Of a DNA stretch of 64,000 nt, positions 1-8,841 are shown one piece after another. Source of the DNA: Patescibacteria group bacterium (lineage in GTDB: Bacteria > Patescibacteriota > Minisyncoccia > Phycocordibacterales > UBA918); NCBI GenBank assembly GCA_019750255.1, contig JAIEOU010000009.1, positions 5,497 through 69,496 of the forward strand. Reading direction: 5' to 3'. A program made the position numbers and the translations under genes. The number at the start of each line of letters is the position of its first letter. The first letter of the stretch is position 1. The notes under the pieces were generated by a model, which saw only the letters and a list, made by a program, of their open reading frames with translations, searched no databases and had not been told where the DNA came from.

Positions 1-338
1 CGCAACGCATCTTCAAGGACGTGGGCCTGCACCACGGTGCGCGGAAAACCATCAATGAGCAGGTGTGCGAGCGGGTCGAGCTGATCAAGCATCGCTTCGC
101 CCCAGAGAATGTGCGTGAGGAAGTCAGGTTGGAGGATACCGGTGTCCAGAGTCGACGCCACCTTGCGCTCTGCAAAGGTTTCTTGTTTGGCAGCGAGGGC
201 ACGGAACCGACGACCGGTCTGAATATCAACCACCCGACGCAAAGGGTCCCGTTCGACAAGAACGGTGCGCAGCTTTTCAATCTGGGTTCCCTTACCGCTG
301 CCCTGTGGTCCTACAAAAATTACGGTGAGTGGTGCCAT
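1..338 (-). CDS. adk: adenylate kinase, N-terminal part (gene continues beyond the window start)
   Basis: Hand translation of the reverse complement from ATG at 338 gives MAPLTVIFVGPQGSGKGTQI...LLIDGFPRTVVQAHVLEDAL, i.e. the P-loop and NMP-binding GFPRT motif of Adk. Not in the ORF track because it runs off the window edge. Confidence 0.85.
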   Translation of the reverse strand, partial: MAPLTVIFVGPQGSGKGTQIEKLRTVLVERDPLRRVVDIQTGRRFRALAAKQETFAERKVASTLDTGILQPDFLTHILWGEAMLDQLDPLAHLLIDGFPRTVVQAHVLEDAL

Positions 339-340
339 GA

Positions 341-913
341 TTATGCGCTAAGATAAGTAAATATTTTTTCCGTAACCTCGTCTTGCGTTGCCTCGCCGTC
401 GATATCAATTAGGGTACCTTTATCGCGGAAGAATTCAATCGATCGCTCCGTATAGGTATGGTAGGCCTCAAGCCTACGCTCAATGACTGATCCTATGTCC
501 AGCGTATCACGGAGCCGAGTGGCACTACGGGCCCGCACTACGTCGTCGGGGATGATGAGGTTAAAGACTACGTACGGTCGATCGAGTAGTTCGTGAATTT
601 CATGAAATAACTCCGCTTCATTAGGCTTCTTTGCTACCCCCTCAAACACGATACGTGAATCGACGAACTGAGAAGCAAGGGCATGCGCCATCCAGTATGA
701 TGCCACCCACTCGGGCGCAAGCTGGCCGGCCTCATACATCTCCTTCATCTTGCGACCAAATGACGTTGGCAACTGACTCGCCTCACGCACCTTGTCACCA
801 TTTGAATAAAGTGAGCCTCCGAAACGGTCGAGAATGCGATGGGCTTGGGTTCCCTTCCCCGATGCGATTTTACCCATCAGTACTATACTTTGGTAGTTCG
901 TGTGATTATCCAT
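341..913 (-). CDS. divergent adenylate kinase paralog (short form, GFPRT motif replaced)
   Basis: 190-aa ORF with P-loop GKIASGKGTQA and Adk-like layout (SNGD, AGQLAPEW) but VFEGVAKK in place of LDGFPRT and no LID. Sits immediately upstream of adk in tandem. Confidence 0.6.
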   Translation of the reverse strand: MDNHTNYQSIVLMGKIASGKGTQAHRILDRFGGSLYSNGDKVREASQLPTSFGRKMKEMYEAGQLAPEWVASYWMAHALASQFVDSRIVFEGVAKKPNEAELFHEIHELLDRPYVVFNLIIPDDVVRARSATRLRDTLDIGSVIERRLEAYHTYTERSIEFFRDKGTLIDIDGEATQDEVTEKIFTYLSA

Positions 914-973
914 TGCCCCCGAGGGTACCAGTTTTTATACGCCCACGCAACACATATGCTATGCTGTGGGCGC

Positions 974-1600
974 ATGCAAAAGAAGCACATCATCACTATT
1001 TCAGGAAAGCCAGGAAGCGGCAAATCATCGACTGCCGATAAAGTAGCTGAACTCCTGTCATACACCCGCCACTCATCCGGTGACATGGTGCGGACAATTT
1101 TAAAAGAGAAAGGCATGACCCTCGAAAAGTACAACGCCGAAGCTGAGGACGACCACGACCTCGACGCCCTCGTGGACGAACGCCTGCGGGCACTGCGTGA
1201 CATGGAAGACATTGTGGTTGATTCTCGTCTCGGCTTCTATTGGCTGCCAGAGTCTTTCAAGGTCTACCTGGACCTCGATCTGTCAGTGGCAACCGCTCGC
1301 ATCTACAAGGACACGGTCAGTAACAGTCGGCGTAGCGGCGAGGATGCGAGCTCACTTGATGAAGTAGCCCGCATGGTTGAAAAGCGCGTATCGTCTGAAC
1401 GGAACCGTTTTAAGGCAATGTACAACGTCGATCCTTACAACCGTTCCCACTTCGACCTTATTATCGACACCTCAAACCACAGCCCGCAGACCGTTGCCCT
1501 TACGGTGTTTGATACCTATAAGCAATGGCTTAACACCGACACTTGGAAGCAGGTGAACAGTTCAGTCCCGCTTGGGTATTCGTTCAAAAACCAATACTAG
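974..1600 (+). CDS. archaeal-type cytidylate kinase-like P-loop NMP kinase
   Basis: Internal ATG (MQKKHIITISGKPGSGKSST...) avoids overlap with the upstream gene. Walker A plus DSRLGFYW and LDL motifs fit the Cytidylate_kin2/AAA_18 family. Confidence 0.6.
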   Translation: MQKKHIITISGKPGSGKSSTADKVAELLSYTRHSSGDMVRTILKEKGMTLEKYNAEAEDDHDLDALVDERLRALRDMEDIVVDSRLGFYWLPESFKVYLDLDLSVATARIYKDTVSNSRRSGEDASSLDEVARMVEKRVSSERNRFKAMYNVDPYNRSHFDLIIDTSNHSPQTVALTVFDTYKQWLNTDTWKQVNSSVPLGYSFKNQY

Positions 1601-1714
1601 CCGTAGTAAGGATGTTACGGTCGGTTCAGTTTTGTTTATTCATTAATTGTGTGGTATAAAAAATCATCTTAGCTGCTGTGGCTAAGTGTAGAAAAAATTG
1701 CAAGGAGGTATCTG

Positions 1715-2242
1715 ATGGACTTACGTCATCACCCTGGAGTTATCGCTCCAATGCATGGGAGGTACGGGGAGAATGAGGGCCGGCTGAAACAACTCGAAGC
1801 AGAAGACCTCCTCTCCGTCGTGCGCTTCACTCACAGGAAGATGGCACGACATGGTGAAGTGCCTGTCCTTTCGGAAGAAGAAGCGGTGGCTGCACTCCGC
1901 CAATACTACGCGCTGCCAATCCTAGAATACCCGCGACAGCAGTTCGCAATCTCCTCGATTGTCGATACGTACTGGCATACGCATGTACTCGACACTCGTG
2001 GCTGGCGCGACTTCTGCCAGCGGGTATACGGTCGGATGATGCATCACGTCCCGCTCGACCCCGACAACTACCCTGACTTCGCTCGTGTACGCGCGCTCTA
2101 TATCGAGACGCGGACAATGCTGACGGATCACTTCGGTGAACAAGTCAGCGATCGCGCCTACCCGCACATCAAGGGTGACGGTCACGATGTCGTCATCTGC
2201 AGCTACGACTACTGCATTACCAAGGACTTGTTCGACGAATAA
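1715..2242 (+). CDS. hypothetical protein, DUF1399 (glycine-rich domain protein)-like
   Basis: Strong SD AAGGAGG 7 nt upstream of the ATG. Motif D-TYWHTHVL-x7-FCQRVYGRMM resembles the DLIWHTHQL...C..L.GK.L signature of DUF1399. Confidence 0.5.
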   Translation: MDLRHHPGVIAPMHGRYGENEGRLKQLEAEDLLSVVRFTHRKMARHGEVPVLSEEEAVAALRQYYALPILEYPRQQFAISSIVDTYWHTHVLDTRGWRDFCQRVYGRMMHHVPLDPDNYPDFARVRALYIETRTMLTDHFGEQVSDRAYPHIKGDGHDVVICSYDYCITKDLFDE

Positions 2243-2298
2243 TCGGGCAAGTCCACTAGAACTTTGGGAGCGGCCTCAAACCCGCTCCCTCTCTTTTT

Positions 2299-2640
2299 AT
2301 GAAAAATGTCTTATTTAAAGTTTTACCGGATAAACTTCCCGACTGGGAATCATGGTGTTTTGAAGTGCGTAATAGAGAAACAGAAGCTAAAGAAACGATG
2401 CAATATGAGCACTGCGTGTATGAACGATTCATAATTTTTGAACGTGCTGGGGAGTGGTACACAGTAGGCTCAACAGAATTTTTAAGTGAACCGCGACCTG
2501 CAGACATGAATGTTGACATAAACAAGCGACACCATGAGATGCGAGATAAATGCCTCAGTAAAGCACTCGTGGTATTTTTCGGTGAGATAGTGTTACCCCC
2601 AAACTATTCTGTGTTGTACGAGTTTGATTTGAGGAATTAA
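2299..2640 (+). CDS. hypothetical protein
   Basis: 113-aa ORF co-directional with and 56 bp after the DUF1399-like gene, followed directly by an intrinsic terminator. No recognisable motif. Confidence 0.4.
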   Translation: MKNVLFKVLPDKLPDWESWCFEVRNRETEAKETMQYEHCVYERFIIFERAGEWYTVGSTEFLSEPRPADMNVDINKRHHEMRDKCLSKALVVFFGEIVLPPNYSVLYEFDLRN

Positions 2641-2645
2641 ACTAT

Positions 2646-2682
2646 AAACAGCCGGCCCCGTAAGGGGCCGGCTGTTTTCTTT
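2646..2682. terminator. bidirectional intrinsic terminator
   Basis: aacaGCCGGCCCCgtaaGGGGCCGGCtgtttt: perfect GC-rich hairpin with a 3' T-run. Lies between a convergent plus-strand gene and secY (minus). Confidence 0.8.
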
Positions 2683-2820
2683 AAGTTCCGCCATCAGCAC
2701 GTTCAGAAATTCGTTGACCGCGAGGCGCGACTGAGCGATGAGCCGACACGTACTTTGTGGTACGGAGAGGCTCAGAGCAAAGGAAGCAACAAAGCGGTGG
2801 GCGAATTTTGGACGTGCCTC

Positions 2821-4095
2821 TTAATACTCCCGCAACGACACTTGAGCGTCGAGACGGCGAATCAGGTCCAGCACCACCGACACCACAATGAGTACCGCAG
2901 TACCACCAATCGCGAGCGCTGCCACACCGGTCGCGAGTTGCATACCGATTGGAAGAACTGCGACAAGGGCGAGGAAGGTCGCACCAACCAGGGTAAGACG
3001 AGTAATGAGCGCTCCGAGATACTCCACCGTGTGTGATCCAGGGCGAATACCGGGGATGTACGCACCGTTACGCTGAAGGTTCTTTGCGATACCGTCCGGA
3101 TCAAAGGTGACAGCGGTGTAGAAGTAGGTGAAGACGAATACTAGGAAGAAGTACGTCGCACCGTACCAAATTTGATTAGCTAAGAAAGCCTGCACTGCCT
3201 CATTGGCACCTCCGACCCAGGTGAGTGACGGAAACGCCGTGAGGATGTTGAGCACCATCTGCGGAAAGAGCAGGATGGAAAGTGCAAAGATAATTGGAAT
3301 AACGCCTGCCTGGTTAAGGCGTAGTGGCAAATATGATGAGCTGCCACCGTAGGTAGCGCCACCACGACTTTGCTTAGCGTAGGTGATTGGTACGGGACGT
3401 TCTGCTTCAGTCATAAACACTACAGCGTAAATGATACCGAGAGCAACGAGCCCAAAGCCGAGATAGAGTGGCAGCTGCGAAGGGTCATAGCTGAAGATGA
3501 GCTGACTCACAGTCGACGGGAGTGTCGCGACAATACCCGAAAAGATAATGATCGAGACACCATTTCCAATACCGTACTCGGTGATCAGTTCACCAATCCA
3601 CATGAGGAGCATCGAACCAGCGACAATGAGAACAATGTTCACGATGAAGTCGAAGGTCGAAAGTCCCGTCAGTACACCCTGACTCTGGAGGAGGGTAAGG
3701 AAACCGAAACCTTGGAGGATGGCGAGCGGAAGCGTGAGTAAGCGGCTATACTGCGTAAAGCGGGCTCGGCCAGCCTCACCCTCTTCAGTATAGAGACTCT
3801 TCAACTTCGTACTCATCACCGTGAGAAGTTGCATGATAATTGAGGCCGTAATAAACGGACCAACACCAAGCATTACAATCGAAAGGTTTGAAAGTCCACC
3901 GCCAGAGAAGATATTGAGGAGCCCCAGGAATTGATTATTGTCGAAGAATTGCTGGAGCACAGTCTGATCAACTCCAGGAATTGGAATGGTTGCAAGCGCA
4001 CGGAATACCACGAGGGCAGCCAATACGAAGAGAATACGGTTACGAAGAGCTGGTTCGGTAACGATGAGTTTGAGCTTGTGTACGAATGTATTCAT
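2821..4095 (-). CDS. secY: preprotein translocase subunit SecY
   Basis: 424-aa polytopic membrane protein with typical SecY sequence, downstream of rplO in the spc operon. Confidence 0.95.
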   Translation of the reverse strand: MNTFVHKLKLIVTEPALRNRILFVLAALVVFRALATIPIPGVDQTVLQQFFDNNQFLGLLNIFSGGGLSNLSIVMLGVGPFITASIIMQLLTVMSTKLKSLYTEEGEAGRARFTQYSRLLTLPLAILQGFGFLTLLQSQGVLTGLSTFDFIVNIVLIVAGSMLLMWIGELITEYGIGNGVSIIIFSGIVATLPSTVSQLIFSYDPSQLPLYLGFGLVALGIIYAVVFMTEAERPVPITYAKQSRGGATYGGSSSYLPLRLNQAGVIPIIFALSILLFPQMVLNILTAFPSLTWVGGANEAVQAFLANQIWYGATYFFLVFVFTYFYTAVTFDPDGIAKNLQRNGAYIPGIRPGSHTVEYLGALITRLTLVGATFLALVAVLPIGMQLATGVAALAIGGTAVLIVVSVVLDLIRRLDAQVSLREY

Positions 4096-4114
4096 AGACT
4101 AGGGACTATGCCGT

Positions 4115-4564
4115 CTATTTTACACTACCACCTGCCGCTTCAATCTTGGCCTTAGCTGCCGCCGACACCTCGCACCCCTCAACCACAAAGGCTTTGGTAA
4201 GCTCGCCAGTAGCGAGAATTTTCACCTTTGGGTTCTTCTTGCGGATCTGGCTAATCACGTTCGCTGCCACGAGGGACGCTGAAGTAATCACCATACCCTT
4301 TTCAAAGGTAGCCTCGATCACACCGAGGTTTACTACCGTTGGCTTTACCTTCTCGTTGTTAACCGTATCGGCACGGTTCTTGCCGTGACCACGGAGTTTT
4401 GGATACTTCTTGATGATATCGCGCATTTCTGGACGAGTACTGTTACCAGCACGCGCAGTCTGACCCTTATGGCCACGACCCGACATCTTGCCGCGCTTAC
4501 CACCACGACCGATGCGCTTCTCTGTCTTCTGCGGGGTTGCCCGCTTAAGTTCGTGTAGCTGCAT
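4115..4564 (-). CDS. rplO: 50S ribosomal protein L15
   Basis: MQLHELKRATPQKTEKRIGRGGKRGKMSGRGHKGQ: Gly/Arg-rich L15 N-terminus in the expected spc-operon position. Confidence 0.9.
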   Translation of the reverse strand: MQLHELKRATPQKTEKRIGRGGKRGKMSGRGHKGQTARAGNSTRPEMRDIIKKYPKLRGHGKNRADTVNNEKVKPTVVNLGVIEATFEKGMVITSASLVAANVISQIRKKNPKVKILATGELTKAFVVEGCEVSAAAKAKIEAAGGSVK

Positions 4565-4568
4565 ATAA

Positions 4569-5261
4569 TTACTTCTTTAAGAGTTTAAGCGCTTCGACGG
4601 CGGCGCGAGCATTGTTGAGCTTGTTCTTTGAACGAGAGAAAATCTTAGCGGTAACGTCCTTTACACCACCAAGTTCAAGTACGGTACGAACTGACGAACC
4701 GGCCACGAGTCCACGACCCGGCGCTGGCATAATCATCACTTCACTCGAGGCATACTTGGTATGCACGTCGTGTGGAATGTGACTGTCCTTATTCATCGGA
4801 ATCTGAATCATGTGCTTTTTAGCGTCACGCATCGCCTTGTCGATAGCGAGCTGGGTGTCACCGGCCTTGCCGATACCAACACCAACCTTGCCATTCTTGT
4901 CGCCAAGCACCATCGCTACTGAGAAACTGAACCGACGACCACCAGCCATAACACGGGTTACGCGACGGATACTGATGATCTTCTGGTCAAACTCAGGACG
5001 TGCGCGTTCGGGGCGAGCGGTGCGGCGCTGACGGCGCTCTCCGCCACCAGCTCCACCACGTCGGCCACCACCGGCTCCCGCGGTGCGGTTACCTGGACGG
5101 CGATCACGGAAACCTCGTCCTCCCTCGTCCGTAGCAGGAGCGCCTACAGTAACGTCGGCTCCCGCAGCGGGTGCATCGGTAGAAGGTGTCGCTTCCGACA
5201 CTTCTGGCTCTGGTACCACTGGGGTATCAGTTATAGCTTCCTGCTGCTTATCTTCACTCAT
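4569..5261 (-). CDS. rpsE: 30S ribosomal protein S5 with long low-complexity N-terminal extension
   Basis: Core RFSFSVAMVLGDKNGKVGVGIGKA is the S5 signature. About 110 aa of Ala/Gly/Arg-rich N-terminal tail. No L30 gene between S5 and L15, which is typical of CPR. Confidence 0.9.
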   Translation of the reverse strand: MSEDKQQEAITDTPVVPEPEVSEATPSTDAPAAGADVTVGAPATDEGGRGFRDRRPGNRTAGAGGGRRGGAGGGERRQRRTARPERARPEFDQKIISIRRVTRVMAGGRRFSFSVAMVLGDKNGKVGVGIGKAGDTQLAIDKAMRDAKKHMIQIPMNKDSHIPHDVHTKYASSEVMIMPAPGRGLVAGSSVRTVLELGGVKDVTAKIFSRSKNKLNNARAAVEALKLLKK

Positions 5262-5282
5262 ATAATGAATCTATATAATCTA

Positions 5283-5633
5283 TTAGAACTCTAGTCCGCC
5301 AGCTCTTGCCGAGTCAGCAAGTGCTGCCACGATACCCTGGTAACGGAAACCACCACGGTCAAACACCACCTTTGTGATGCCAGCCGCCTTGGCCTTTTTT
5401 GCTACTTCAGTACCAACCACGACCGCACGCTCTACTGGTGTACCCTTCTTGTCGGTACGTGAGTCAACCGCGAGTAATGTCTTTCCTACTGTGTCATCAA
5501 TCACCTGCGCGTAGACGTAGCGGTTACTACGGAATACTGCGAGACGTGGACGCTCTGGCGTACCAATCACGCGAGCACGAATACGGTTGTGACGGACCAC
5601 ACGCTTCTCGTTTTTGTATTGTGTCTTGTCCAT
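5283..5633 (-). CDS. rplR: 50S ribosomal protein L18
   Basis: 116 aa; [18 protein letters not shown] and C-terminal DRGGFRYQG...AGGLEF are L18 hallmarks. Confidence 0.9.
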   Translation of the reverse strand: MDKTQYKNEKRVVRHNRIRARVIGTPERPRLAVFRSNRYVYAQVIDDTVGKTLLAVDSRTDKKGTPVERAVVVGTEVAKKAKAAGITKVVFDRGGFRYQGIVAALADSARAGGLEF

Positions 5634-5636
5634 ATA

Positions 5637-6170
5637 CTATGCCGCCTTCTTACCTTGCTTGCGGATAATGAATTCACCTCGGTATCGAATACCCTTGCCC
5701 TTGTATGGTTCTGGCTTACGTACCTTACGGACATTAGCAGCGAACTGGCCAAGCTGATCCTTGTCGTTACCGGTGAGGGTAATAACACTCTTTTCCACGA
5801 GCGCACCGATACCTTCTGGGATATCAAGTGGTACGGGGTGCGAGAAACCAACTGAAAGCACGAGCTGCTTGCCCTTAACTTCAGCCCGGTACCCGACACC
5901 TTCAAGCTCGAGGATACGAGTGAAACCTTCGGTTACACCAGTCGACATGTTGATGAGGTGCGCAGCGTAGGTTCCCCACAGCTTTGCGCCCAACATCGAA
6001 CCGGCCTGTGGTGTAAACGTTACTTCACTGTCTCCAACAGCCACCGTCACTTCCTTACGTACTGGACGTGAGAGCGTGCCCTTTGGTCCGGTCACGGTGA
6101 GTACCCCACTTTCAAACTTTACCGTTACTCCCTGGGGGATGGGGAACGCTTTTTTTCCTAGACGACTCAT
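5637..6170 (-). CDS. rplF: 50S ribosomal protein L6
   Basis: Two L6 repeats, ending ...GKGIRYRGEFIIRK. Start trimmed to MSRLGKK to remove the overlap with rpsH. Confidence 0.9.
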   Translation of the reverse strand: MSRLGKKAFPIPQGVTVKFESGVLTVTGPKGTLSRPVRKEVTVAVGDSEVTFTPQAGSMLGAKLWGTYAAHLINMSTGVTEGFTRILELEGVGYRAEVKGKQLVLSVGFSHPVPLDIPEGIGALVEKSVITLTGNDKDQLGQFAANVRKVRKPEPYKGKGIRYRGEFIIRKQGKKAA

Positions 6171-6172
6171 AC

Positions 6173-6565
6173 TTACCAAATGATGAAGAGCTCCTCACCA
6201 CCGACCTGCTTTTCTTTAGCTTCCTCATTGGTGAGGATGCCAAGCGGGGTCGAAAGGATGAGATGTCCTTTACCAAACTTAACTTTGTGAATATTGGCGA
6301 CCTTGGTGTAGAGGCGACGACCAGGCTTGCTGATGCGCTTTACACCATTAATACGATGCGCGCCGCCGTTGTAGACGAGGGCAATCGAGAGCGTCTTTCC
6401 GACCTTCTTTCCCTGCTCCTTTACTTCACCGACATATCCAGCAGCCGAGAGCTTTAGAGCTACTGCCTGCTTGAGCTTACTGTACGGGAGTTCAACCTGC
6501 TTCTTTCCGACCATACCAGCATTCTTAAGCTGAATGATGAGGTCGCCGATAGCGTCGCTTACCAT
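6173..6565 (-). CDS. rpsH: 30S ribosomal protein S8
   Basis: 130 aa; [16 protein letters not shown]... with an S8-type C-terminus. Confidence 0.9.
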   Translation of the reverse strand: MVSDAIGDLIIQLKNAGMVGKKQVELPYSKLKQAVALKLSAAGYVGEVKEQGKKVGKTLSIALVYNGGAHRINGVKRISKPGRRLYTKVANIHKVKFGKGHLILSTPLGILTNEEAKEKQVGGEELFIIW

Positions 6566-6744
6566 GATGACTTCTTAATGCCTGGTATATGTCCTTCGTG
6601 AGCAAGCTCGCGGAAGCAGATGCGGCAGATATCAAAATCGCGCATATACCCTCGCTTACGTGCACACAACTTGCAGCGTCGTACGACGCGGCAAGCAAAC
6701 TTCGGCGTACGCTGTGAGCGTACGATGATTGATGTTCGTGCCAC
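6559..6744 (-). CDS. rpsN: 30S ribosomal protein S14, zinc-binding type Z
   Basis: 61 aa; GTG start; C..C....C..C zinc ribbon ([10 protein letters not shown]...CRICFRE). Confidence 0.85.
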   Translation of the reverse strand: MARTSIIVRSQRTPKFACRVVRRCKLCARKRGYMRDFDICRICFRELAHEGHIPGIKKSSW

Positions 6745-6868
6745 TGTATTTAGTTTTAGGGGTGGAGCCGTATCATGGAGAATCCATGACGTGCGCCGTA
6801 ATAATTCCGCATCAGAAACGGTGTTTCTAAGCGTACGGGTGGGTACCTTTTTAAGGAGAAATAAGAAG

Positions 6869-6950
6869 CACGTAGTGCGACTATATTTTCCTTATGCAAT
6901 CGCCTAAGCAGATTCGACCTTTAAGGGGAGAATCTGGTTGCAGCGACTTG
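6869..6950 (+). repeat. structured repeat element, copy A
   Basis: acgtagtgcgacTATATTTTccttaTGCAAtcgcctaa, then hairpin GCAGATTCGACCtttaaggggaGAATCTG, then gTTGCAgcgacttg. Inner and outer stems; 5' flank shared with copy C. Confidence 0.6.
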
Positions 6951-7029
6951 TGAGAGGCAGAGACCCCGACCGCGTAGGCGCAATACTACTAGAATAAGGT
7001 TATTTGTCAAGGATAAATACAGAGGCCGT

Positions 7030-7105
7030 AGGCCGACAATATTTTCCTTGTGCAATCGCCTAACTGTTTTCGACCCCAGAAGGAGAAAACAGTTGCGGCG
7101 ACTTG
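7030..7105 (+). repeat. structured repeat element, copy B (tandem to A)
   Basis: Same architecture as copy A, but the inner stem is CTGTTTTC...GAAAACAG. Every stem position differs from A while pairing is preserved (covariation). Loop cores TTCGACC and GGAGAA are conserved. Confidence 0.6.
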
Positions 7106-7453
7106 CCTGGGATATAAAAATAAGGAGGCCACCATTGCTTTCATCCGTCCTTGCGAGCCTCAGCGAAGCAATCCAAACAATAATCCTAACCCAAAGGCCA
7201 GGCCTTTGTAGCCCGAACCTAGGAAACCCTACTACGGAGGCCAGGTCTCATAGTAGGAACACGAGGCTATAATCCGAGAAATTCTTTCCCAGCACACATA
7301 AAACCCTAGTCTGTTCAATACTTTTCAAAGCGCCAGGAGTTCTCATTGGCGTGAGACGTAAGTACGTTTATACGAAACGCCTCTAAGAGCCCTAGTCCAG
7401 GCTAGCAATGACAGATATACTTTCTATAACGTTACTATCTAAATAAAAATTCT

Positions 7454-8107
7454 ATGGGTTATAAAGTCAAATTTACTGTACTTGCTACACTACTCCTATT
7501 TGCTGTAAACATAAGCCACGCAAGTAGTCATTCAGAAAATTTCTCGTTTGAAGTTAGCAGTAAAAAGGTCATGTCTGGATCACCAGTACTGCTCCAATGG
7601 GTCGCCCCAGAAGGTTCAATCTGTAATCTTAATGGTACAACGATTGAAAATAGGTACGTTGTTCGTCAAGACTATTATTTGACTGAGAACCCTATAGTGG
7701 ATACGCGATACACCCTTACGTGTAGCAACGGCTTGATTACAAGCAAAATTGTACAGAAAGTGAACGTGGTGCCCGAAAGGAAAAAATCACCCACTGTTAC
7801 CACATCCATCACAGACACAGTGATTTCATATGGTCCAGGAGGTAGGAATAAATCTATTACCGCGAATCTCAACTGGACTTCAACGAATGTAGAATCCTGC
7901 ACACTTAACCAATACTTTAATAACTTTAGGACGGTAAATTTTCTGGAAGGGAGCTCCACACTAGACACTCAAGGTGCACTGGGTATGAGAGTAAGCAATG
8001 GTTCTTTTAGTTCACCAACTGAACGAACGTATCTCATAACTTGCCAAAATAAAAATGGAGTTTCAGCAGGTTCTGAGGTGGTATTTAACTCATCAATTGA
8101 TCTCTAA
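7454..8107 (+). CDS. secreted tandem-repeat protein (signal peptide, two ~90-aa beta-rich repeats)
   Basis: N-terminal signal peptide (LATLLLFAVNISHASS). Internal duplication L.W....C.LN...TY.LTC.N..G appears twice. Markedly AT-rich compared with the surrounding DNA. Confidence 0.6.
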   Translation: MGYKVKFTVLATLLLFAVNISHASSHSENFSFEVSSKKVMSGSPVLLQWVAPEGSICNLNGTTIENRYVVRQDYYLTENPIVDTRYTLTCSNGLITSKIVQKVNVVPERKKSPTVTTSITDTVISYGPGGRNKSITANLNWTSTNVESCTLNQYFNNFRTVNFLEGSSTLDTQGALGMRVSNGSFSSPTERTYLITCQNKNGVSAGSEVVFNSSIDL

Positions 8108-8139
8108 TTCCCTACTCCAAAGAATGGGACTTCGTAGTC

Positions 8140-8409
8140 CTACCTGTAGACATCCTTTCTGTGTTTGATTGTTAATACAATCAGTACCACAATGCCTCCC
8201 TTACCATCGTAGGTAAAAACTACTCGATAGTCACCAATTCGGTATCGGTACTTCCCCGATAACCTCCCTTGCAGAGCTTTGGCCCGAGCCAGCGGTTCAG
8301 CTTGAGAAGCATTATCAGCTATCTTAAGTACAATTCTCTTAGCAATTAAGGGACTCAGCTTTTTTAACTGCTGAAGAGCATCATCTGAGTAGATGACCGT
8401 AGCGCTCAT
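8140..8409 (-). CDS. RelE/ParE-family type II toxin
   Basis: 89 aa; YRYRIGDYRVVFTYDG....IVVLIVLTIKHRKDVY matches the RelE/ParE signature. Confidence 0.8.
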   Translation of the reverse strand: MSATVIYSDDALQQLKKLSPLIAKRIVLKIADNASQAEPLARAKALQGRLSGKYRYRIGDYRVVFTYDGKGGIVVLIVLTIKHRKDVYR

Positions 8410-8414
8410 TGAGA

Positions 8415-8663
8415 TTATGTAATACCAAGTTTTTTAAACACTTCTTCTTGGGTGTGGAAATTACCCCGAACAACATTGGCTTCAGCTTTTACCACATCAG
8501 CAACAAAGGTATCGAGGTACTCATCGTCAACAAACGCTTTAATTTCAAACAACGGCTTGTTTCGATTCATAACAATATAACGAACATCACTCTTTCGGGC
8601 ACGCTTAGCATAATCAGAAATATTCTGACGAAAATCTTTTACTCCGATAAATTTAGTATTCAT
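8415..8663 (-). CDS. Phd/YefM-family antitoxin
   Basis: 82 aa, directly upstream of and abutting the toxin gene. N-terminus MNTKFIGVKDFRQNISDYAKRAR...YIVMNRNKPLFEI is Phd/YefM-like. Confidence 0.7.
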   Translation of the reverse strand: MNTKFIGVKDFRQNISDYAKRARKSDVRYIVMNRNKPLFEIKAFVDDEYLDTFVADVVKAEANVVRGNFHTQEEVFKKLGIT

Positions 8664-8841
8664 ATATTTAAAGTGTACACTTAAGTGTACACTTTTGTCA
8701 AGTATTTATTGAACAGTAGTTTCGAACCGAATCCAGCCCCTTCTCGTGTCTACACAGACTGAGTGCACTTCACCCGCTCCTGCAGCAATTCTTTCAGGCA
8801 GTAACAATCATTGACATCATTAGTCACAGTTGCGTTAATTA

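Noticed and set aside
21-356. Plus-strand 111-aa ORF at the window start
   Set aside because: It is antisense to a clear adenylate kinase gene that I translated by hand from the minus strand (MAPLTVIFVGPQGSGKGTQ...LIDGFPRT). The plus-strand ORF has no motif and is taken as spurious.
7135-7272. Short TTG-initiated ORF behind a strong AAGGAGG in the leader of the secreted protein gene
   Set aside because: 45 codons, low-complexity, inside the repeat/leader region. The SD is more likely part of the structured element or leader. Not called.
8700-8740. tRNA-like T-loop fragment (agtttcgaaccgaatcc)
   Set aside because: No acceptor stem, anticodon arm or CCA context; only a partial GTTCGAA-like word, so not a tRNA. 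No other tRNA-like cloverleaf was found in the window.
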